A stretch of DNA of 64,000 nt from NCBI GenBank assembly GCA_012295275.1, contig CM022672.1:6820001-6884000 (forward strand). The letters are read 5' to 3'. The number at the start of each line of letters is the position of its first letter. Position 1 is the stretch's first letter. This DNA comes from Chrysomallon squamiferum (Eukaryota; Animalia; Mollusca). The notes beneath the pieces were generated by a model, which ran no database searches, had not been told where the DNA came from, and worked only from the letters and a program-made list of their open reading frames with translations. Shown here piece after piece: positions 47,833 to 61,521 of this stretch. The translations under genes were made by a program, and so were the position numbers.

Positions 47833-50800
47833 CATTTTTAATTTTTATGAATTTATATAGTCAATATTTCAACTAGGCTAATCTTGAAATTATTTAATTT
47901 TCAAATTTCCAATGTACAATGTTAGGGTATTTCATATATAATATTTTTCTTTTTTTCCAGATTATAAATAAGGGTTCCAGTAACATTTATTTACTCTAAA
48001 CATGATGTGGGATCCGTATTACTTTCATTTACTTTTTCTATAAAATCACTCCCTGATCTGAAATCACATGTTTCCTGTAATACTCATTTTATGTCAAGTA
48101 ATTACATTTTATGTTTCCCTATTGGTCTTTCGCATTTTGATATTCCAAATCAATGCTTGTTACCAACGAAGAAGCAACAAAATTCCATTACGACTGGCCT
48201 TCACATTCCTTAATATTTGCCGTTTCTTTCACACCAGAGTCATCTGAAAGATATAACAAAAACTTGAACAAATCAAAATCCAAGTACAAATGCTGACAGA
48301 ATCAGCTACATCCTGATGAATCGGTTTGTAGGAAAATTTATTTTTTATTTCAGCGGATATAGCTTTTTTGAAATATAGCATTTATCATTATAGACTTGTT
48401 TCTGATTTCTATTAATATGACAGATTCAGCTGAAGATCAACATTTATGGGCAATAGAAAATTTGAAAATGATAAAGTTTTTGATTTATTCAGTACACCAT
48501 TACACACAGGAAGGCAAAGAGAACTTGAGAAGTGGGTTATAATGATAATAACGATAACGCTGCTGACAATAATAATTATTATTATCATCATCCTCGTTGT
48601 CTCCACCAATAGTAGTATTGTCACCACTACCACTCCACAACCACCACCACCACCATTACTTCTACTACTACTACTATTACTATTACTACTACTTCTTCTT
48701 CTATAACTGATACTATAACCACCACTTTGCTATTACCAATAAACTACTACTTCTACTGCTACTGCTGCTATTACTAGTATTACTACTACTACTACTACTG
48801 TTATAATTATTGTTGTTGTTAGTATTAGTATTAGTAGTAGTAGTAATAATAACAGCAGCAGCAGCAGGAATATTAGGACTATTGGCGGGTACCAGTATAT
48901 CATTATGATATCGGTTTAACTGTTAAAATAAACGCGTATTCTGATAACTTCAAATCACGATGTTACAAACATGTTGTGACTGTTATCACATAACTAGATT
49001 TTTTGAGCTGGCAGTCAACAACGACAGCAACAAAATCAACATTGAATGACGTCGTTTATCCTCCAGACAGATCACAACGTCTACGTATGTCCTATTATTT
49101 TTCCTTCTGGACGTCTGTAATCTATCAGTAACCCTGGTAACAGACAATCACATACTTACATTTAAAGACAAACTAATCACAGAAGAGATTCTTTATTTTA
49201 AGCACACACCCCCCCCCAAAAAAAAAAAAAAAAAGAAAGAAAAGAAATGGAAAAAAAAAAGGAAAAAGAGGGGGAAAAAAAAGCAACACGCAAAAAAAAA
49301 ACAATCTAACAGATATTCAGTTTACCAAGAGGTTTTTTGTTTGTTATATACATTCCCACGTATGTATGTCTGCTTGCTTGTACGTATATGTGTATATTTA
49401 TGTATGTGTGTTTGTGTATAAATGAAGGTATATGTAAGTGTATATGTATGAAGTATACACGTAAATGCAAATAAGTGTGTAGTATGCGTGAATTCGTTTA
49501 TCTGTATAATCTCTCTCTGGGAAAGTTTGACCGATAACAGGCACAACAAAATTTCTGATGTAATTTTGTCATTAGCTGATTCACATTTTGGATTAATAAG
49601 AAAACCCCAAACTGAAATATATTTATTTTTGTGACAGCAGCTAATGCACACCGCTGTAGAAGAAATGTCGTTAGGTCAAACTGACTGACTTGAAGATGTC
49701 TTCATCAAACAGATACAACAACTCTTCATCTGAAAGCATGCAGACAACAGACAATCACTCCATTATCGTACATGTAGCCAACAGCATGACACCGCCACCG
49801 AATCTCAGTGTGTCAGTTGAAATGGGCACATTAATTCGATCTTGCCTCAGGATAAATAGATGATGGACAGCTGGAAAAACGTTTTATCTTTGTCTGACGC
49901 GTGTGGGAAATATTCTGTATTTAGCGGCTATTGTAGTCTAAGAGACTCGAGATCAAACTTTTGTTGTCTTGTTGTTGTATTGTTATTATTATGACAGCTA
50001 TGTCACTGGAACACTACCATTCAACATTCTGCGTCCCAAAATCAACCTTCTCAGTATATGTCAACTGCATTTTTCCCTGTTATTAGTTTTACCAACGATG
50101 ATAGTATATACTTTAGAGTCTAAGCGAAAAACATGTAAACAAATTAAAAAAATAAACTGGAGAGACTCTATGTCAAATGTTCAACATCTAAGATGGTAAC
50201 AGAAAATTATCTCTAAACTGACATGATATCGTAAAACAAGAAATTTTAGCTTTGTTTCATATATTTGAAATCTTATTCTTATAAACTATTATATATTTGT
50301 TTTTTCTCTTTATTATCATGTGACCGTAATTATCGAAATTCTTTTTATATTAATTTTTAATTGTTTAAAGATTATTCCAGTTATCGGTGTATTTGCAACA
50401 TACTGTTTAACAATTAAACATTTTCAAAAGACACACACTCTAACAAGCGATAAACTATGGAGCATTAGTATTGTTTAACTTTTTGTTTGCCACTAAAGAG
50501 GATGCTACGGTGAACGGAAATGAGTGTGAGAGAAAAGTATAAAAATGTGAATATCTGAGAAGAATTGATAATAATCAGTATTATAACAGCGATCATCAGT
50601 TACATACATTGTTACCATGATCAGTTACTTGCATCGTGAACTGAAGGCATTTAATTACTGAAACTTTATTGAGAAGAGTGGTTTTAAATTATTTTAAAAT
50701 CCGTTCATTTTTGACATTTAAAGCTCTTTACACCAAACATCTCTGGTCTCGCTCATCTTGTACATATTTACAGTCAACACATCATCGACATCGTCAACTA

Positions 50801-51744
50801 CGAAATGTATCCACCGTCGTCTCTTTTCAGGTTAGTAACGAAAAATCAATTGTGAACACCCATTGAGAGTAACGAGTGAAATCCATTGTCCAAATATTTG
50901 TCTGGATACTTGAGATGCTAGCAATGGACCGTCTCATATTTTTAACACGAAGAAGCTCAATAAACAAACACACAATCATTGCCACCCCGTTCTTGTTAGC
51001 ACGTACACGTTTGTAGAGTGAAAATCGATCTTTATCAAGATGGATTCTGTGCAGCTCCAGCTATGATTAGATGAGCCGTTGAACACAGAATGTTGTATGT
51101 TGATAATAGAAAGAAATTAACGCGCAGACAAGATAATTAAAGCGACAGGGGCTGAAGGAAGTGTGTGAGAGAATTACACCGGCCTCTGATGTCCTGACAA
51201 AATAATGTCCAGTGTTAACGTAACACAAAAAGTGTTTTGAGCAATTACTGTAACAGAGTGAGATGTTATGAAATGCTGATTTTACAGCCTCTAATCACTG
51301 CCTGTACTGTTTTCATGACCTACAACTTGTTATTTTATGTCATTAATTTCATCTTAAAAACAATCCTCAATTACTGCTTATCCGACTTTCTTAATGCGAC
51401 TTCAAAATCGAAATATCTATTTTTTTTTTTTTTTTTTTTAAATCCATTTTGTTTGTTTTTGACGTAATAAAGGGGATTTATTAGTTGTAAGATATTTAAC
51501 AAAAAAAAAATATATATATAAAAAAATATAAATTTAATGGTTTTAAACCGAGTCGATTCAATTATCAGTTTACAGTCCTTGCAGTATGAATTTTCAAATC
51601 TGTTTTTAATTTTTTGTACTGAAAACTTCTTAATAAAAATAAAAATGAAATGATTAAAAATAATATTTTATTTTATTATTTTTCTTCTTTTTCTTCTCTT
51701 GTTCTTAATAATGGTGCTTTGCGATGTTTCATTTGTTATTATTA

Positions 51745-51779
<35 letters not shown>

Positions 51780-53727
51780 GTTGTTGTTGTTGTTGTTGTT
51801 GTGGTAATAATATCAATAGCAACAGTACTATTAGGTATTTTAGCAATAGGAATAGGAATAGTAGCAGCAGCAATAATACATATTGTAGTAGTAGTAGAAG
51901 TAGTAATCACTGTAATCGTATTGCTGTCAGTTAATACTGTAGTTGTAGTAATAGTAGTAGTAGAAGCATTATGAGTAATAGTAGCAGAACTAGTAACAGT
52001 AGTAATCATTATTGTCTTAGTTTCCATATTTAAATGAATGTAACTATGTTTATTAAACAGATAGCTGTGTGATGTGTGTGTGTAGTGTGTGTGTGTATGT
52101 AGCGTGTGTGTAAATGTGCGTGTGTGTGTATGGTTTAAGACAGAGTATTAAGCAACCGAGTAACTGGAAGATTTGTCAAAACCTACTGGTCTGATTAAAA
52201 TATCTCAATGAAGAAAATGAAAAAAATTGGGTTAAGACTAATTTCCCCGACACGCATACACGCACGCACACACACACACAAACTCACACATAAGACACAG
52301 TCACATATTCACATATACACGAATACACACACATACATACATACATTCAAACTCACACATATAGACACACACAGGTACATTACATGGATACAAACGCAAA
52401 CTACACACATACGCATACACACCTACACACTCATACATACACACGCATAAACATATACACACATATGCACGTACAAACACACACAAACACACGTACAAAA
52501 GCAACACACAAACTGATGTCAGATACATCATTTCCCATTGTATGTGCAAACAAAACCTTACTTCAACAATACACAGCTTACGTGAGAATCGTTAACAGAC
52601 CGCACAACATATCTAATCGATCGTTTTATTCAAAAATAGTTTTTTTTCTTTTTCTTTTTACATCATTTTTAACTTGTGAGTTTTAATCAATCAGTCATAT
52701 AATATTTTGTAAAATTTAGAGCACTCCATCTGTTTCTCTGAATTGTCATCTTGACATCCGTAAAGTGTACAATACAGTATTATAATCGTTTCTTTATCAT
52801 CATCATCATCATTTTTATCGTCAAAGTTATAAATAAATAATAATAATAATAATTATTATTATTATTAGTTTTGTTGTTGTTGTTGTGAAGAAAAGGAAAT
52901 TCATCATGGTATGCTTGATTTCTGTTCTACTTATTTAATGAGAAATATATGGACTACGCTGTATAAAAAATTATATATATAGGCATCAAAACTTCTTGTA
53001 AAGTCTCACAACCCCTCCCCCCAAAAACAATTAGATCATAAGTTTGTCATGTTATTATCATTAAACGCCTGCTTAACTTCACGAATATATATTTTTAAAT
53101 TTTACCACTTCGCTTGTTTTACAGCTGTCAATTGTAATTCCTGTATTAGAAGAGGAAAACTCGGTAAAATATGTCTGAAATAATCTCGTACGTCAGAAAT
53201 GATTTATTTTACTAGTCTAAGATTATCAGTCCCGCAACCTCGCGAGATTAGACGCTTAACCAATGACTCGCTCAATTTCCCTCGAACACTTGTAATTAGA
53301 AACATCAAAGTCAAGTGTCTTCTACGTGTGTGTGAAAGAAAGACCAGTACAAAGCGAACTCTCGCGGTTTTTCTCTTTCTGAAGCCTTCCGCTTCTTGTG
53401 CGGCTTATGACTCCCTATCACTGCTACACTGGGACTTTAGTGTCTACCACCATTTCATCTTTGAATGCTATATGTTTCTTCTAATCTCTCGTGAAGCTAG
53501 CACTTTGTTAGAATGAGAGGTCTGCCACCCAAGAGTTAACCCCTTGAGTTATCACAGACCATTTGAGATACGTTTAGATCTACACATACCTGTGATTGTG
53601 GCGATATTGTTTTTCACTCGTGTTAGTCGAGTTCACGTTGGTCCATTTAACACAGTTCTGTTTTATCTCTGTGTAGAGGATTTTTCAAACGAGTATTATC
53701 TACAACACAGAACCAAGCGTACATATG

Positions 53728-53890
53728 TAAAATAAAGTAAAGTGAAGTAAAATGAAGTGAAGTGAAGTGAACTGTAATAAAATAAAATAATGTAAATAAA
53801 AATAAAAATAAAATGAAGTAAAGTAAAGTGAAATAAAACAAAATAATATAAAATAAAGTAAAATAAAATAAAATGAAGTAAAATAAATTA
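53728..53890. repeat. Degenerate pentanucleotide repeat (AAATA/AAGTA/AAGTG)n
   Basis: 5-bp periodicity is visible. Confidence 0.85.
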
Positions 53891-54331
53891 AATATGAATA
53901 ACGACTCGGCAATGTAAGGACTTCATTCAAATGATTTGAACTTCTTTCCTGTTAAAATACAACCAAATCTTCGAAAATAATCATTAAGTCACCATTACCT
54001 TGTTACATATTTAACTAAAACAATTTTTGTAAAGAGCTAAAACTAAAATTAATGAAAAACAACAATAAACAAACCCCACAATAACGATATTACAAGGATA
54101 ATCATGGTTATCTAAATGAATTTGAGTATTTTCTTGTCCACCTGTTCCAATTTATTAAACACAAATGTAAACATGTTTCTGAAGTTTTCATCTGTGGTCC
54201 ATTTTTCAAATAGAAAACTTTTCTATAATTAGTTTTAATTTTGTTTTAATGTATATCTGTGTGTATCTGTTTACCGCCGGACTGTTAATTTCGTTTTAGC
54301 GCTAGAGAGATTTATATTTTAGTGTTATGAG

Positions 54332-54446
<115 letters not shown>

Positions 54447-57400
54447 GGTAATTTCTTGTAGTGGAAAACGTATCGTCCAAAAATAAAAAATAAATAAAAA
54501 ACATTTTTTGTCGACGTTTCTTTATTTATGTAGCAGCTGTAAATTAGATAATCGTTTACTGATACATTTCTATAGATTTTCTTAGAGCATTATTCACATT
54601 CAGTCTTTGCTAGTTGTAGAATTCTCATTCCAGCCATCTCATATATCTTAGCACATAAATGTGCTGCAATGATTCGTATTTAAACTGAGATATTATTAAA
54701 ATATAGGATAGTTGTTTTATAAATCTTGCTCCTGTCAATATTCTTTGACTTGTTTTTCTGTTAAATATTTTTCTGTCAAAGGAAAGACTTATAATTATAA
54801 AGTGCATTCCCAATACATAATCATAGATAAAAAATGTCCTGGCTGCGGAAATTAAGAAAGAATATAGCTGTAAATGAAAAATATAATAATTGAAAAAATA
54901 ATAACCTAATAAATTCTATACAACTGTATTTAGATACACATTGATTTCTTCAAAAATAACTCCACTTTTGCATTTTTTGTGGACAGAAGGTCATCGCTGT
55001 TTATTTAATGTTTCCTTAAAATAGAACTGATTAATATCAAGTGCACAGAAAAATATGCATATGCCTATACTACCTTTATTAAAGAAAAGTAAGAAAAGGA
55101 TAATCTCATATTTCTCCACTTTTCTTTTCAGTCTTTCTATATCTGTTTATTTCTTCATTTCTTTCATTCTTTGTTTTTAACTTGTTCGTTTGTTTACATC
55201 TTAATTTATTTGCTTATGCGTTGTATTTATTTATTTGTTTATCTTCGTACATATTTTGTCTATTATTAATTAATTAATTTATTTATTTTTATTTATTTAT
55301 CTATATGATTGCTTGAAAATCCAACGTATTCAACGATTTCAGCGTTTTAAACATGGAAGCATTTCTCGTCACCCATGTTCCTGATGTGCCATTTCTGGTT
55401 TGTGATGAATGTTCGCTGTCTTTGCTTCGTGTAATTGGAAAATAAATACGTCCTCATTAAACGAATGACAGTTAGTCTGTATTATCTGCAAATGCAATTT
55501 TGTCAATGTTTAACAACCGGGCGCCTAATGAGGATGGAAACGCCAGTCGACATCAATTGCCTCTGTTGTAAGATTCGTAATTTATGGCTTGTTGTGTTTG
55601 TAGAATTTTCATTCTGCTGCTTTCAAGCTCGTAATTCGATTGTTTAAATGAAGTGGGTTTGTATGATTTATAATCGATATTTCCTTAAAAGAAAAGTCTA
55701 TCTATATGGACACATTCGTTTTTTTAATTTGTTTTGGGGGTTTTTTTTTATGTTATTTTTTTTTTTTTTTATTATTTCAAAAATTGAAAAGATGCAATGA
55801 AAGTTCCTTTCTTTCATTTTCTTTTCTTTTTTCTTTTTTCTAAATATTCTGATTGATTTCCTTATCATAATCGGTTTCATAATCACATATCAATCATGAC
55901 ATAATCATCATTAGCATCATCATCACCAGCACCATCAGTTTTATAGCTTATATTAATAATAATTTTTATAACCTTCTCCTTATCATCATAATCGTCATCA
56001 TTTTCATAACTACAGCACAGTCTTTTATCTATTAATTTTTTTTTTTTAATACAGATATTTCCTGATGCTGTAATTACTTACTATTATTACTAATGTTACT
56101 GATGTTGCTGTTACTGCTACTACTGTAACTACTACCACTGTTTTGCTGCCACAATAACTACTATTACTATTACAACTGCTAGTTTCTAAGACTGTTGTAA
56201 ATAATATTACTACTACAACCCTGTACCTACTGAGTAAATTTTGTATATATTTGTTTATGTAAATAAACCTACAAAGCAGTCGGCAAAAACTGAAAAGTAA
56301 AGACAAAACAAGAGACTTTCGAAGTAGAGTAACATCAAAGAAAACAGCAACAGCAACAGCAACAGCCATAACAACAACAACAACAAAATAATCCACTAAA
56401 TGGAAACATTAGATCGAAGCTTATAAGAAATTCCAGTCTCTCTTAATTAATTATTCAGGTTAAGAGGGGTAGCCCATACGTTTATCACGTAACCTCCGAA
56501 CAAACTCATTTTCTCATGTCTGTTCACGAGAATTATTTTATAAGTACAACAGCTGTTTTATTTTAAACTGAGAAAAACTTACTGTAATTAAATGTTAAAT
56601 TTTGCAGAACTTATTCATAATAGTTGTGATCTTTGATTTAGAAGTACTAAAATAATTTTAAATGATTATTATATAAGCATGCATAAATGAATTTCGTATG
56701 TTTGTAGGGATAAATATATGTATGTATGTATATATGTATATATGAATGTATGTATTAAATTTTATACATGTATGTCTGTATACATATGTGTGTATGCTTG
56801 TATGTATGTGTATATGTGCTTTTGTATGCGTGTTTTTGTCCGTGTGTGTGTATGTATGTATGGTTGTTTGTATGCCTGTGGATATGTCTGTCTAAATGTG
56901 TGTGTATCTATGTATGTATATATACATATACATCTTATTATTTACGTTTGAAAATATTGCTTTGAAATTGTAAACTGTATATGCTATGTTTTTCTTATGT
57001 TAGATTTTCTTTTCGAACAGCAACTGATAATCTGTATATTTCGACAAAATCTCGAGGTTTACTAATTACTACATACAAAAACAAATTCGGTTTATTTTTA
57101 CGCTTAGATTCATCTGGGATCAAACATACACTAATGGACACATAATGTGTCTTTCGGAAACAAGTCTGTTCTTTTCCGCATTGTAGAAAAGAACGTACAT
57201 CAGTTTTGACACTCGATACAAGGAGATAGGCAGAACAGAATCTTTCCAAAGGTTACCAGAGGCACCATGTTTATTTATTTTGTCAACGACGCAACAAAGA
57301 AATGGCGAAGATGAGAAAAAAGTTAGAAGTGTATTTTACAAGGAAACACAAGTGAAGAAGCTGATTTGGCGCCACTCCAAGAAGCAGTCAAGTCGCGCTC

Positions 57401-57486
57401 TCAGACTGAGTGTAACACAACTATCCACTCGGAGCAATAAAACACGCTTGTCAGTCTTCAAGTGTGTTGAAATATCTACCTGTTTC

Positions 57487-58175
57487 TTATCTTTATTTAT
57501 CAATCTACTCAGATTAAATGCTCGTTAAAATCTTTATTTATCCTTCTATTCAGATTAATACTTTTTTTTTATCTTTATTTATCATTCTACTCAGATTAAT
57601 ACTTTATCTTTATTTATCATTCTACTCAGATTAATACTTTTTTATCTTTATTTATCCTTCTATTCAGATTAATACTTTTTTTTTATCTTTATTTATCATT
57701 CTACTCAGATTAATACTTTTTTATCTTTATTTATCATTCTATTCAGATTAATACATTTTTATCTTTATTTATCATTCTACTCAGATTAATACTTTTTTAT
57801 CTTTATTTATCATTCTACTCAGATTAATACTTTTTTATCTTTATTTATCATTCTACTCAGATTAATACTTTTTTATCTTTATTTATCATTCTACTCAGAT
57901 TAATATTTTTTTATCTTGATCATTCTACTCAGAGTAATACTTTTTAATCTTGATTTATCATTCTATTCAGATTAAATACCTTTTTTCATCTTTATTTATC
58001 ATTCTACTCAGATTAATACTGTCTTATCTTTATTTATCATTCTATTCAGATTAATACTTCCTTTTATCTTTATTTATTTTCTATTCAGATCAAAATAATA
58101 CTTCTTTATCTTCATTGATCTCTCTCCACAGATAAAATATTTCTTTAACTTCATTTATCAGTCTACTCATTTAAA
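57487..58175. repeat. ~40-bp minisatellite (tatctttatttatcattctactcagattaatac-Tn), about 16 copies
   Basis: tcagatta anchor recurs about every 36-44 bp; length varies with the T-run; both edges are degenerate. Confidence 0.93.
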
Positions 58176-59145
58176 ATACTCCTTTCTCTATATTTTCTTT
58201 AATAAAGCGGAAAGACACCTATGGAAGAAAACTTGCTGGCAATTAATAAACGTAGCCTCTAGTACATAACAGAAAATGTCTTCTATCATATCATATGAAA
58301 TACACAGTAATTTTTATATGTAAAAATAAGTTAATGATTAAAAATTAATAACTAATTTATTACAGTTAAAATATATACTTAGCTGCACATTAAGTCTGAA
58401 AATGAATATCTTTTAGTACATTATTTTTATTTATAGACAGTGTGCTTCAGTATTTGCCTGCAAATATCACAGTTATCAGCCTTTCGATATCACCATATTC
58501 AAAAACGTTCAAAGTAATAAAAGGGTCAGAATTGAATAATGATCAAACGGAAGCTCTGGGCTACGCTTATCGATTAATGCCCAGGGGCCTTCTGTATGTA
58601 GGAAGACACATCTACTGGCTTTGAAGAATTGGTCTGGAATCAGCGCATCGAGGAGGATGTATTCTTAGACCCAACATCCTCCACCTCTGTTAGAGATCTT
58701 CTTTGTATCTGTTACATATTTCAGACAATATCCTAGATCTTCTCATAACATTGCTCGTGTTAGATGATTTGTTAAAGTAAAAAGGGTGTAGTGAAATATT
58801 CGACAGTCTTAAATTACTTTAGATATAACTGAAATATCACTAATTAGATTTTAGTTATAGAAAATGGTTTGGGAATTTAAAAAATCATTTAGGTTTTCTT
58901 TTCTCTTTGAAAAAACAACAACAACAACAACAACAACAACAAAAAAACCATAAAAAAAACCAACAACAGCAACACCCCCACACAAAAAAAAAAAACACAG
59001 TAATAAGAAAAAGAACAAAACTTAATTTCTACAAGCAGTATTTGATTGTTTAGAATATCACCACAGTTATTTGAAATTTCATTATTCATATCTCAAATTT
59101 CACGTTGCTTAGTTTAAACAATAATTCTTTAGTTACCTAAATTGT

Positions 59146-59147
<2 letters not shown>

Positions 59148-59177
<30 letters not shown>

Positions 59178-59179
59178 CC

Positions 59180-59252
<73 letters not shown>
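59148..59252. repeat. (AAT)n-cctg-(TTA)n inverted microsatellite pair
   Basis: AAT run 59148-59177, 4-nt spacer, complementary run 59182-59252. Confidence 0.9.
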
Positions 59253-59813
59253 TTCATGATAATGATGACAACTTTAATCTAATAATAGTCCATACATTTT
59301 TAAAATTTGCTATTGAAGTAACATCGGCATTTTCTAAATAATAATAAAAATGTATTTCTCAATGGTAATTTTTTATTTTATTTATCTAATTACCCATAAA
59401 AAAACGTTTTCATTGATTCTGAGTTAGAAAACGAATGAAATAAAAAATAGTACTAACTTTGTATTGAATTTTATTTAGCATCAATTTTCTCTGAGCGTTC
59501 ACTGCATTTTAGTTCATAAATTTAATGCAGTGTAGATAATAAGGTAGAATTTTAGATTTTTTTATAATATATTTTTAGTGTCAGCTCGTACAAAAGTTTA
59601 AAATCTGGTCATTGTAACAACTTTATAGATTTGTTAGTACCATTCACTTAATAGAATGATGTAATATTAGTGCTGTTAATTATTTACATATTCTACTAAC
59701 ATTAATAAATGTTAGAATGTATTTATGTATTCATAATAATCAGTATTAGTGTGTGCTTGTATGTATGTATATATGTATGAATGCATATAATATATATGTA
59801 TGTATGCATGTAC

Positions 59814-59816
<3 letters not shown>

Positions 59817-59876
<60 letters not shown>

Positions 59877-59885
59877 TGTGTGTGC
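59817..59885. repeat. (GT)n microsatellite
   Basis: Directly visible. Confidence 0.95.
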
Positions 59886-61357
59886 GTGCAACAGAACACA
59901 AAATAATCTTTCTGTTGCTAACTGCTAATCTATACTAAAACATTTAACGTCCGGGATAATAAGAATAAACCTAACACATCGTTTGATTCCCATTAACAAC
60001 AGTTTACGGGATATTTCAGGGAAACAGTAACGAAAAAAAAAAATTGACAACCTACTGGGGAGACTACCAGCAAATGAATATGTAACCGAGGTGCGAAGAT
60101 GTTCTTAAGCGATCATATTTCTATTGATTACCTAGTTTAGACAGATAATACAATCTTAATATCACTTGATGTCTCAGACATAATTCGATCTACACTTGCA
60201 AGTAGCGTGATTTTCACGAGTAACCATTCTGTGGCCTCAGCCTGTGACATCCGGTCCAGAGGCGAGATTGGATGCACGAATCTCTCGAGTCGATAGCGGA
60301 CGACAGCTACAAGCCTCTCAGAGGATCTAATGAGTTTGAATCAAATACTTTTCACAAATTGCTCGTGGAAGACATTCAAGCAATGCCTATTAAACTGCAG
60401 CGAACTATTGCGTACACAATGCAAAACGTAGCTCGGACGTTGAGGCACGCGAAAGAAATTCACTAATAAAGGGGAAAGCAATGAAATTGCCGCGGATCAA
60501 TTTTGGCAATAGAACTTAAGTAGCCAGCTCGGCAGATAGAAAGAAAGATCGCCATGTGTTAGTAATTCAAAAGAATTTGTATTCTCACCTTTTTCCTACA
60601 AAGGCTTCTCATTAATATTTCTTGATCAAGGTTTAGCTGAAGGTCAGAATATCTCCAATAAAACGTGTACAAAAAAATCAAAAAGTGACTTTAAGTATAA
60701 TAAGTAATTTATAAAATCTAAACGAATTTTTTTTTTTTTTTTTTTTTTTAAATTTCCTTCTTTCTTTATTTTCTGTAATCGGTTCTTGTTAAGACTGAAC
60801 TATACTGTTTGCAAAGGGCACGACTAGATTATCTAAAAGATCATTTTTTTAATTAATAGATTTTTGAGAAAGTTCTGTCCATTCCAGACTTTAATATTCA
60901 CGATATTAAAGATTATTCACTAAATTTTAAATCCAACACACACATGTATACGCATGCACACACACATATATATATATATATATATACACTAACTCAATTT
61001 TCTCTCTCCGGTTCTGGTCCTTTCACTGTTTAGAAAAGAGGTTACTAAAGACGAAAGACTGAGGAAATATAATTTTATCTTCATCGCCAGTGATTAACAA
61101 ATATAAAGGATGTAAGTCTGTTCCGCATTATACACTTCCTTATTCAAAGAACTCGCTAATTCTGCCCACGTGTCAGGTGAATCACTCGCCTTCCGCACGA
61201 GAAACAGAATACAGCCGTGTGCCACAACAAGCCGTATAGTCGTCCAGCTGGAGTGAAAACACAACTTAGCGTGTAACTTAAAACCATCACCCAATCCCCA
61301 CACAGTGTCAGGCTCTTAGAAATAGGTAAAACGCGTTTTTCTCCTTACTAACAGCAC

Positions 61358-61373
61358 TAATAATAATAACAAC

Positions 61374-61414
<41 letters not shown>

Positions 61415-61521
61415 TGATGATGATGATAATGACTATAACCATGTTGATGATGATGATAATGACTATAATCATGATGATGATGATGATAATAATAATAATA
61501 ATAATAGTAATAATAATAATC
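61358..61521. repeat. Compound (AAT)n/(GAT)n repeat
   Basis: Directly visible. Confidence 0.9.
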
